Translations under genes and position numbers: made by a program | Shown here: piece after piece, positions 1 through 11,172 of the stretch | How positions within the stretch are numbered: position 1 is the first letter of the stretch | Layout of the letters: each line of letters opens with the position of its first letter | Origin: Lepidodermella squamata | Lineage: Eukaryota; Animalia; Gastrotricha | DNA: 64,000 nt | NCBI GenBank assembly: GCA_047495785.1 | Contig: JBLDXI010000010.1 | Span: forward strand, 1,550,001-1,614,000 | Direction of reading: 5' to 3' | Notes under the pieces: generated by a model | What the model was told of the DNA's origin: nothing | Database searches by the model: none | What the model saw: the letters and a program-made list of their open reading frames with translations, nothing else

Positions 1-1423
1 GATACCAGTAAGAAAATGTCCATAGCTTTCAAATAGGAAATATTAGGCAGGCCTACTTTGAAGCTCATATTTGCGAAGGTAGTCATGGTAAGGACTGTTG
101 TTACTCCTAGACTAACTCTAGCCGGGGCTGAGTTCCTCGGTATCCAGAAGCTAATCCATGAAATCACGACTATCAAACACGCTGGGATGTAGATTTGGGT
201 TAGGTAGAAGCCGAGATTTCTAGCGAGGTAGATGTCGAACACCAGGCGGGAGTGGTTGTAGCCATCTTGGCGCAGGGCCCATGTTTCGAGGGTGCGGAAG
301 CCGTGGATTACGAAGTGGAGTAGAGATCCAGCCTCTGAGCTGAAAGCTGCCGCCTCTGTATTGACACCGGTATCGTCTGGATCACTGCGATACCACTTGT
401 AGACCATATCGTTGTATGGAAAGGCATACGATTCAACTTAAATGGTAAAATATAAGAAATAGTAATGAAAACAAAGGAAAACACACCATAAAGTGGGCAT
501 CTTTGATGGTCAAGCTGTTCAAATCCTTCATTAATTATTAAAGGTGGCATTCATTTCAATTTTACCGGGAAATATTTGAAGTTCATGTAGCAAGTTGCGC
601 GTACGGTCAGTCGAAGTGATTGCGTAACATGGCCATCTGGCATTATTTGAATGTAGGAATTTAAACCGGTCACGTGATGAAATGACGCCATCTTTTCATT
701 GACAAAATACGTATCAGGACGCCATACAGCTTTATAAAAAAACATTTTCATTGATGAATGAAAGGAAAAAAATTGCCTACCTGAGTAAAATTCTGCTGAC
801 GATATCATTATTGACTCTTCCGCATCGTCCTCTTCATGAGTTACGCTCCATTTCAGTCGATGATCCGTCCAAGTTTGACGGATGTACAGATCCGCCGTGT
901 AGTCCATCTCTGCCTCTGAAATTCGACTAATGGCGCTGATAAAAATCGCACAGGTGACCACAACAGGTGTCGAGTAAACGTTAGGCCTCAATCGAGGGTC
1001 GTAGCCAGACCTTCGAAGACGAATGAAGAACGCCGTGATATTCGGGTAGTTTTTCGGTTCTTTAAAACCCGCTGGATGGGCTTCATCTCCGTGTTCACCC
1101 TCGTGAGGATCAGCGACGACTATTATTTCGTTGACTGATTGTGACTTCATCGGATTCCCGGTCGGCCTAACAGGTTTTGTTGGCGCAATTGGTATTTCTG
1201 TTGTTTTTGGAGCAGATGGGGTCAACATTTCTGAAGTGAGGTCTTCAATTTCATACACAACAGCGTCAGTAATTTCATTCAAAACACCGCTTTGAATTGT
1301 GTTCGGACCCTGAGTTGTCGCAGCATCGCCGCCCAAGTTACCTGTCCCTGGAGTAGATGGAGCCAAAATGGGTCTAAAAGTTGATAGATTTGCAAAAAGG
1401 AAATAAAGGCAGGATTGATACAT
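1..1423 (-). CDS. Anion-selective Cys-loop receptor subunit (GABA-A/glycine/GluCl-like); 3' end beyond left edge
   Basis: Spliced translation (introns 730-780, 515-565, 437-486) gives GYDPRLRP, VWRPDTYF, Cys-loop CYMNFKYFPLDHQRC (C-x13-C), M1 FYLTQIYIPACLIVVISWISFW, M2 SAPARVSLGVTTVLTMTT and LPNISYLKAMD. Start codon uncertain. Confidence 0.93.
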
Positions 1424-1947
1424 GCTTGTAATTAAATGCTGCTTTTTCAGTTCATCTTCGCCATTTTTGCTGGTAGAATTTTCGCAAAATTCAGTGTTAA
1501 CATATTTTTCTCAAAAACGTCTTCTCAAGGGAGATCCAGGGCATCCAATCTTGCAAATATGCGATATTTATCATAGATTTTAGTCTCACTTTTCAATAAT
1601 TCGAGTTATTCTGTATAAATGTTTCGACACCTTTTTATTTTCTCACTGACCAGTTTTGTCTTTAAGGGAATTAGTATATTTATTCCGTGTTAACAAAATT
1701 GCGAGCTTTTTCATTGTATATTTCGAGAATCATCGTGATTACGTAGGTAAGTTGCTTTCAAACTCTGCTATCGTTTGTTAAAACTCTCAACCCCACAGTT
1801 AATTACGCGCCCACAAACCACGCAAGCAGAAAAATGGCTGCGTAAACACACGTAACAATAATGACTCATCACAATATAAAACCAACCATTTTTTACGCTC
1901 ATTCATAAAAAACAGTTTTTTCCAAAAAACTAAGAGTCAACTACTTG

Positions 1948-4900
1948 ATGAAAACTTACTTGTGCTTTGCTTCTCTTGCTACGTTGATCGTAGCCGCAAT
2001 CGCCGATGGCCCACCGCCGAATTTGCAGCAATTTGTTGTGGTCGCACCGGGAACTGTCCGGCCGAAGAATGCGCCCTATTCATTTCACCTGACGCTGTTT
2101 CAAAATCAAAGCTACGTGATACCTGTTACCTTCCAAGCTGAACTCGTCCAGCTATTCGGATCAGGATCAGAACTTGTATTAGCTAAGCAGCAATTCACTC
2201 AAAACGCATGTAGGTATCGATTTTATGATACTGGGATTCCTATTTTAAATCTAAATTTTCAGTTGGTAGCCAGCAATTTACGTTTACTAGTCATTTGGAT
2301 GCAAGACAAGGCGTTGACAATTCAAACTTCACTATCCGAATCACGTTCAACCGTCAGAATAACGCTAGGTTACCCGCAAGTGCTGTGACGAGCTCAATCA
2401 CCCCATCGACCCCGGAATACTACGCTTATATCCAGACGGACAAAAAAATGTACCGACCTGGTCAAGTGGTCTACGTCGCGGCTTTCATGGTCGATCGAGA
2501 CTTGAAGCCGAGTGTGGAGAACAGAACGAGGAACTTCACTGTTTCAGTCAGAGACCCGTTGGGAAATCTGGTTGGACTCTGGACTGATATAACCCCGCCT
2601 AAAAGCATGTGGAGAGGCACGTTGCAACTCCCTCCTATTGTGATAAACGGGCAATGGACTGTTACCCTGAACTCCTCTGTGGTAAGGAAACCTCAGAGTA
2701 ATCCAAGCCTTTCAGTCTTTAAGCATTTTGCCATTTTAGCTTCCTAAAAGTGTCGAGAGGAGCATTATTGTCGACCAATATGGTAAATTCTAGTTGAATA
2801 ACTTAATTGTTGTTTTATTCCTTTCAACATTTGTAGAATTGCCAAGATTTGACGTAGCAGTGAACTTGCCTTATGGAAACGCCTGGCTTTTTGATCCTAA
2901 CGATGAGAGCCGTTATTCTGGCCAAGTCTCCGCTAAGTATGCACTACCATTCACCCTTTAACGATCAATCCTAATACTTTCCTATTTCTGCTACACATTT
3001 GGAAAGCCAGTAAGAGGACAAGCTGTTTTGACTCTTACTTCAACCGGAGGCTGCAACCCAACCTATGATACCAGTGATTTCGCTAACAGCCCTTACAGTT
3101 TCCTGGTTCAACTCTACGGCGATGGAGCTGCTGAGGAGGGTCTCTTCATCGCAAGTGGCTTGAACGATATCATTGCTCCGGATTCGTAAGTTTACTCATT
3201 TCATAGACATTTCTCGAGTTAAAATCATTCCTGTAGATTGAGTGGCATCCCAGTTCTCAACCAACCAATTTGTGCCCTGAATTTTGATGTTGAAATAACG
3301 GATTATATATCAGGCACGAACGTTAAGACTCAAACCTATGCCAACGTGTTCAAGAACCAGTTCCGAGTTGAGTTCCTTGAGCCAACGATAGGCCGACCTA
3401 TGGCGCCTGGTTCAAAATTCGATTTCGTCGCTAAGGTCAGCCCGACAACTTACACGCTTCAAGGCGACCCTAACAACCAAGCTGCTGACGGTCTTGATGT
3501 TATATTGGAATTCTATACGTTTAAGAATGGCGACGATCTAAGAATTTGCCAACAAGACTGGTCCGGCCTTTCAGATTCATCCCGAATTCAAAGAATGACT
3601 GTCAAAACTAACTCCTCGGGTGTGTCGGCTCTCAACGGACTTCAAGTCGCTCAGGACGCTGTGAAGATCGGCCTGAGGGTCGTTCTGCCCTCCGGAATCG
3701 ACATAATCGGCGAAAACTGCGCGGCTTTTGATGTGAAACAAGATAAATCCGTCATTCTAACTCTGGATGATGGCTCGAAGATCCCGAAAATTGGCGACTT
3801 CCTCAACTTCAAAGTCAGTCTGAACTTCCCCGGGGATGTTTACTTTGTCATTGCCGCGATAAGTAACGGCCAAATCCTGTCTCATGCAAGGATACCTGTT
3901 TCTGCTTTCACCGAGTCCTCTGGCGCATGGCAGACTGCTTACGTCTCTCAGCAACTTTCCGCTCAAACTCTGGCTCCAAGAGCGGTCGGAATTGCTTGGG
4001 CTATTGATCCAGCCACAAACCGATTCCTTAGTGATGTTATCAGCTTCAAAGTCAATAGTATGATTAAGCAAAACGTTTCGCTGGGCTACAGCGATGCTTC
4101 TGCCCCTGTTTCTGCCTCGAAGAACTGCGCCACGAGACCGAAATCTGAGAAATGGATCAATATTAAGACAACAGAGCCTAATGCGTGGGTTGCAATGCTG
4201 GCTGTTGATAAGAGGGTCAGACTTCTGCCGGAAAATCGTGGTGCTTTAGCGTCTAATGAGGCATTGATGCGAATGGTTGACCCTGGGTTCAGCCGCCTCG
4301 CTAATTTAGATGATACTGACCAGTGCTGGTCATGTGGAGTTCCGTTTTGGTATCCGGCTGATTCGCTGGCTGTCAAAACGCCTGAGGCTATGTTCCGAGC
4401 GGCGAATATGATGCTGATCATTGGCAATCCGACTATTGTTGGCAGCAGGGCTATGTCGACACCAGATAACGGGCAGAATGTCTATGTTTCTGGAACGTCT
4501 CGAACCCTGGGAATTGATCCGGTCGATATTCGAAGCAATCTACCCGAAACTTGGTTCTGCGTATTGGCTGAAGCGTTAGTTGTCATTAAATCATTTCCAT
4601 TCAATTCAAATTATTTTCCTTTTAGGGATTCGAAAGGAGAGATTCATCTACCAGTTACTCTTCCTGACTCAATCACTGCATGGTCAACTACCGCTTTTGC
4701 TCTCGGTAACAATCTGGGTTTTGGCGCAACAGCTGCCCCTGTCGATCTCATTTCCCGGAAACTTCTTTTCGTCGACTTGATCATGCCCCAGAGATCAGTC
4801 ATTCTCGGCGAGGAATTCGCCGTTCCAGCCGCCATTTACAACTACGCAAATGCTGATATGACAATCACGCTTACCATGGAAGACTTGAGCAACCCGCCTT

Positions 4901-7676
4901 CGTTTGAAATGAGCACAGATGGCGGCATTACTTACAAATCCGGACAGCCGGCGACTCGATCTGTGAACCTCCCGGCTAATCAAGCCAAGTCGTTAGTCCT
5001 CTGGATAAGACCGTTGGTTGTCGGAGCGACACCGATGAGATTAACTGCGAGAGGTGTCCCGAAATCGAAGGTTGACCCGAGTATTGGAGGAAACCCTGAC
5101 TGTACCGATGCCGACTATAATAGTCAAGATTTCTCGGTCCTGAATGATGTTTTAGAGCTTTACAACTTCACTGTAGAGGTAGGATACCTCTCGCTCAAAT
5201 ATAAACTTTTCTAAATTCTGAATTTTACAGCCTGAAGGTATGCCGGTATATGCCAACAAGGCCTTCTTCTATCGGGTTTTACCTGGCTCCCCTCAACAAA
5301 TCAATGTCACAGAACGAGATCTGCTCGCCAACGTTTCCTCATCCGTAATCGTCCCTGGTTCCAAAATGTACGAAGTTGGTGTTAGCAGCGACCTCCTCGG
5401 ACCTGTTTTAACCAATTTCGGCGACCTGGTCCGCATGCCATCGGGATGCGGCGAGCAGCTTCTCAAGAGCATGATGCCCAATGCTTTCGTTTACAAGTAC
5501 CTCAAATCAACAAACCAGTTGTTCGAACCAATGAAGACAACTCTGTACGGCTATATAACCCTCTACCTGCCGCAAGTCGCTTGGTACCAGAATTGGAACG
5601 GTGGGTACAGTGTTTGGGGTCCTTATGCAAACTACCCATACAATATTGCTTCCACCTGGCTAACTGCCTTCATCGGGCGATATTTGGTGTTCTGCTCTAA
5701 GAATGTCGACCTCTTCCCCACGGATAATTTTGCGATTGACCGAGCATTTATTTTCCTATCGCAACAAATCAGCCCGAACGGAAGCGTTGCTGAGCCGTAT
5801 CCAGGCGTTACTCACCCTGAAATGAAGGGCGGAGCTACTCGGGATATCAATCTCGCGATGTACGTATACTCAACTTTCGCAGAGGCTGGCCGGCTTCAAA
5901 ATATGGTAAGATTCCGCTAAAACGAGTTGCTTTGACCTATAATTTTGTTGTTATCTAGTGGTACCGAGATGCCGTTCGAGCTGTTATCAGTAGAACAGCA
6001 GCCTCTTCGAATGACCCCTACCAACTCGCTCTGGCGGCCTATGCCACCTCTATCAACGAAACTGATAGAAGAGACATATCGACTGTTGCTCTTAACAGAT
6101 TAATGGGCATGGCCTTGAAATCAGGTTCAAAAGATTCAGAGATGATCTACTGGATCCCTGGAGACCCGAAAAACTATCCAGCACCTATGCAACCTGTAAG
6201 TTGGAAAATTTGACCTGGATTCCGAGACATTTATGTATTATATTAGCCATCTGCGGTTGAAACTGCTGGATACGCTCTTTTGGCTCTTATCAACAACAAA
6301 CGGGTTGAGAGTGCTTCAGTCAATAGATATCTGGTCGCCCAACGCAATTCTTTAGGAGGATTCAGCCAGACTCAAGACACTGTTGTAGGGCTTCACGCCA
6401 TGTCTGAATTCGCGGCTGGTCTGGCGAGTGTAACCACAGATTTGACCGTCAACGCGGTTTTCAAATACGCCTCAGGCTTTTCATGGACGAATCCTCAACC
6501 AATCAGGATAACGGCTGCTAACGCGAAGGTTTTCCAGAGGATCAACCCTCCAAAACGAGTTAACGACGATTTGGTCGTCACTACGATTTCAAGCTCCGGA
6601 TCTGGTTATCTTTACGCTCAAGTCTCGATGCGTTACAATGTTCGAATCAACGAAACTGGCGAGACTACCTCTGACATTGATATAACAACCCTATCAGTCC
6701 GGTCTAGCTTCAAACTACTCGCGAGTGAGAGCAAATTCCAGGCAGCGAGTAATGCACCGGTTTTGACGAGACCTGCGAAATCGAACGTGACTCTTGCTCG
6801 TTCGAAGAGGCAGGTTAACACCGGTTGGATGGATACGTTCGGGTCGGACGATGGCGAGGAAGTAACTGTAGCCACGAGACCTCCTAATGTTAGGGTATTA
6901 TCTCCTACAACTCGGACGACTGTAAAAGCCGGAATTGCAACCTTTTCATTCGCAACGACAACTACAACGAAAGCGACTACCACCACTACAACGACAAAGC
7001 CGACTACTACTACTACACGGTCGACAGCTAAAGCAGTTGTGACGACTACAACTACTCGAGCTACTACGACTCCCCCAACAACCCCTTCGCCAGTGGTTAT
7101 CGACACCCTCGCGAATGATGGGATAGGAGATGATGTAATTGTGAGAGCGTGTATAAGGTAATTTTACTGAATTTAGTGAGGGCCAATCGCTAATTCTCTT
7201 TGTTTTCCAGTAATGCGACTACAGATGCAAAACAGGGTATGGTAGCTATGGAATTCTTTTTACCGTCCGGTTTTGGTGGTGATCTTGAAAAGACTAAGCG
7301 CCTGAATTCATTGCGATTCCTCAACCCCGGGAACTCTTCCTCCGATAACGTGAAGACTTCCCTGAACACTACAGTAACTGGACCTGTACTGAAAGACCCA
7401 AGACTCCAGCAAATCGAGCTAACACCGAAATCACTCGTCTACTACTTCGACTTGGTTAGTTTCCTCAATTATTATAAAATCTCTCATGAAATCCTTTTCA
7501 AACTTTTTCAGAATATCAGCGGAAGTGGTCAAGCGTGCATTTTGGCCAGTTTATACCGTCAGTCACAAGTCAGGAATACGAAACAGCCCTATGTTACAGT
7601 ATACAACTACTATCGGCCAGCTTTGAACAGACAAGTATCTTACAAATTCACGAAAATGGCTATGCCAAGAAGCTAG
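1948..7676 (+). CDS. Thioester-containing protein (TEP/CD109/alpha-2-macroglobulin family), secreted, about 12 exons
   Basis: Signal peptide; motifs IQTDKKMYRPGQ, LPRFDV, YTFGKPV, AVDK, LPETW, LPDSITAW, VEPEG, thioester PSGCGEQ, STWLTAF, HPEMKGG, GGFSQTQDTV, VYNYY. Introns 2210-2262, 2682-2739, 2783-2836, 2937-2990, 3186-3236, 4575-4625, 5179-5230, 5906-5958, 6196-6246, 7158-7210, 7455-7511. AATAAA near 7718. Confidence 0.95.
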
Positions 7677-8010
7677 GCTATATCTACGCTAGTATTTTTA
7701 ATTCTTATTACGAGCCAAATAAAAGTTAATATGAAAGGAAGTACTGATGAGACTATTATCTCCCCCAACCTTATTAACACGCTTACGACGCGTGCTGCGA
7801 TTAAGTGTAGGTGCAAAAAGATGCCTGCAACATTAATATCACATTTCCACGCTGGTCGCATTAACACCACGTGAAGCTGCTTAATTGCGGTCAGCATTAC
7901 ATAAAGCCGCCATCTAAAGCCGACGTAGCTCAATGGGAGTTTCAGTTCAAGTGTACGCACAAGAATTTTGAGTTGCTGTTGCGGGTGGACCTGGCACAAA
8001 AGCAAGAGAA

Positions 8011-10244
8011 ATGTTCATTTTCGTGATATTTTTTCATTTCTCATTTGCGGCGAATGCTTTTATACCGGATGAATCTCTAGCAGCAGACGGGCCTAGTTAT
8101 ATGGCCAACTACAACTTGAGCTCGCCAATAGATGATTTGCTAACCCAGGCCTTTCCGCCCGAAATGTTCGCAGCAGCTAATGGAAATGTTGAAAAGCTTA
8201 TGGAGTTACTAGAAGCGTACAACGATTCATCTGTTGGAGCGAACGTTCGAGATTGGGTGGGCCAGACTCCTTTACACCTCGCAGCCAAGTTTGGGAAGTT
8301 GGAAACAGCTAAACTCCTTCTCCAAAATGGCGCCGATCCCAATGCGAGGAACCGCGATTTCGACGAAACTCCCATTCATTTGGCTGCGAAGTCTGGTTAT
8401 GACGACCTGGTTCAGTTGCTGATCGAAGGCGGGGCAGATGTAAATGCTCAGATAGCTCTGGCCAATATGACGGATTTTCAGTTCCTTGGCGGGACTCCAT
8501 TGATTTACGCGTTAGAAAACTGCGAATCGATAGAAACTGTTCGTAAGTTAGTTGAAATGGGCGGTGCTAGTGTTAACCTACCCAACGGCTACGACGAGAC
8601 GCCGCTTCATATCGCTATGATCCGGCAAAATATCGAAATAATTTCGTTTCTCATCAAAAAAGGAGCGAATGTTAACGCGAAGGATAGAGACAATCGAACT
8701 CCGATGAACTTCTTCGCCTCTGAGAAACAGGACTATCAGCAATTGCCCCTGCTTGATTACTTGCTGAACAATGGGGCTGAGCTGGATACTCGGGATGTAA
8801 ATGGGCTGACCCCGTTACAAAATGCAGCAATCCGTGGATACAAGACTGTGGTTAAATTTTTGATAGAAAAAGGATCGAGTATCAACAAACTGGGCCCGCG
8901 AGGGCGATCTGTCTTCCGAGACCCTATCCAATTCAGGTATCTTCGGAATCCTGCTACAATCCGGTTCTTACTACAAATTGGCGCGGACCCAAATCTGGGA
9001 AACAATCAGAAATGTAACCAGCCTTTGTTCTGTCTGGCTAATTTACCCCTTACTGACTACACGACGGACAAAGATCGAATTTTGGAGATCGCTTCCTTAC
9101 TCGTCGCTCATGGCGGGGACGCGAATGCGACTGATATCTGTTCAAATCTTACTGCGATCGAATTAGCGGAGTCGAGAGGAATGACTGAACTTGTTGATGT
9201 TTTCCTTGGTCGACATGATAGATACATTATCGATATGGAGTTAGGTGAGTGATGATAAATTGCTATATAGCCTTAATCTTGATCTATCTTTTTTTAGCTG
9301 AGGAAGATTTATCAGTTGAAGGCGTAAATAAATTCAGCAAAATCGCCCTTGAAGCTTTGGATGATGTAGTTCTACAACTCTCAAAAGATCAAATTAACGA
9401 AAAAGACTGGCTAGGCCAAACAGCTCTTCACGTTTCGTCTTTCCTCGGCCGAACTCAGGTTTCAATGGTGCTGTCATGGTTCGGCCATGACATTCACGCA
9501 AGAGACTTTAGATCGCGAACGCCTTTAATCAATGCCGCCAGGACGGGCAATGTCAAGCTGATGACTCATTTCCTCGACCTAGGCGCGGAAATTGAGGCGA
9601 GAGATCAGTTTGGCTACACTTCTCTTCTAACAGCGGTTCAGCAAGCGAACAGCCCGCAAGCTGTTCGGTTTTTGATCTCACGGGACGCGAATCTTGAGGC
9701 GAGAAATTCGGATGGGTTAACAGCGCTCCATATTGCGGCGCAAAGTCAAAACTTCGAAGTTATTGAGATGCTGCTAGATTCCGGGGTTTCGCCGAATATC
9801 AGAGGAAAAAACGGAGAGACCCCCGCGAATCACGTTCTATCAATTCGATGCTGTTACCCGCAAATACCAACTTTAGATTATTTAGTGAAAAATGGCGCTG
9901 ACCTCAACTTACCAGACTTTAAAGGTCGGACTCCGTTACATGGAGCACTCAATACAAGAAAACGTCCGGAAATTCTGTGGTATTTACTGGCTAATGGTGC
10001 AAACCCAAAAGCGGTAGATCGGGATGGTTGCAATCTACCACTTCCGACCTACCTTAACCGGGTTTTATCTGACAAAACAAAAAGCGACAAGGAAATTGCG
10101 ATTACAGTCAAATGGATGTTGTACTATGGCGCTGATCCTTTGAAAGGCGATCAGTGTTTGGCTACCCCAACCCCATTAGAAATGGCTTCAAGATCAGGCC
10201 GGAAGATTGTTCATAACATTATTGAAGGTTTTATACAATTGTAA
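8011..10244 (+). CDS. Ankyrin-repeat protein with N-terminal signal peptide, paralog 1 (2 exons)
   Basis: Many G-x-TPLH-x-AA and GADVN repeats. ORFs 8011-9252 and 9249-10244 join through intron 9245-9297 (gtgagt...ttttag). Hydrophobic N-terminus MFIFVIFFHFSFAANA. AATAAA near 10258. Confidence 0.9.
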
Positions 10245-11172
10245 TCATTTTTTACAGAATAAACTCACTGATGACCCATTTTCTGAAATTGCGAGTACAT
10301 CAGTTTCTTTGTCCGCTATCTCCATGAATTTGCATAAATTATGAGGGTAAGGATAATCATCTATCAGATCTCTGCTTTGCGAGGACCTACGCTTTGCTCA
10401 CACCGGAAAGCCCAAATTGCTAGGCAACATAATGCTTACACAAATATTCATTACTGCTAAAAAAAGCAATAAAAAATACGCACTCACGATTTGATTGTGC
10501 CGGTAGAGAAAAAAAACCGTTTTTTCCAACAAAGTGCTATCAAAGTCATTTTTTACAAGTTTTATCCTCCAATTTCATTCAACTTTCTATCAATGGCGCT
10601 CATTATATTGGGACATCAAATTTGAGCTTTAATGGAGCTATAACTCAATTAAATGGTCACCTACGGCGTTATAACTCATTAGCAAGAGTAAAAACAGGAG
10701 AGCTCCTCAGTAGATTTATTTTTGATTTTTCTAGCATTTTACTACATCAATGATCTGTGCGCCAAGCCGCTACGTTACATACCACGAGGCGTGAAAAAAA
10801 CCTGCTCCATGAAGATGAGCGCGAGGGAAAAAAATCAGCGCTCGTGTATCATGCTTATCTACTGCCAAAGCGTGTAAAAAACCCACTAGAAAAACACCCT
10901 ACAAGACGAACGTTGTACTGCCTCGAAATATCTGCTTGCATAGAAATTTCGCGGCGAGTGAGACTACAAATTATTAATCTTTCCTTATAGCGTGTGTGTT
11001 ATCTCATATTTAGATTGCGGCTATTAGCGAGAAAATTCGTAACGTGCTTAATCGCCCGTCGTAAAGAACGGAGAAGAAGCAGAAGGTGTGCTGGCTAATT
11101 TGACCAGGGTTAATCGCTTTCGCCAAGGTTGACTTAGAAGTGCACCCACCCGAATGCCCGAAGTTGGATGAG

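Noticed and set aside
6633-7106. Val-rich antisense ORF (likewise 17148-17573 and other antisense ORFs)
   Set aside because: Mirror of Thr/Ser-rich codons in real genes on the opposite strand.
9249-9252. GTGA-type ORF overlap resembling bacterial translational coupling
   Set aside because: Explained by GT-AG intron 9245-9297, whose position is conserved in the paralog.
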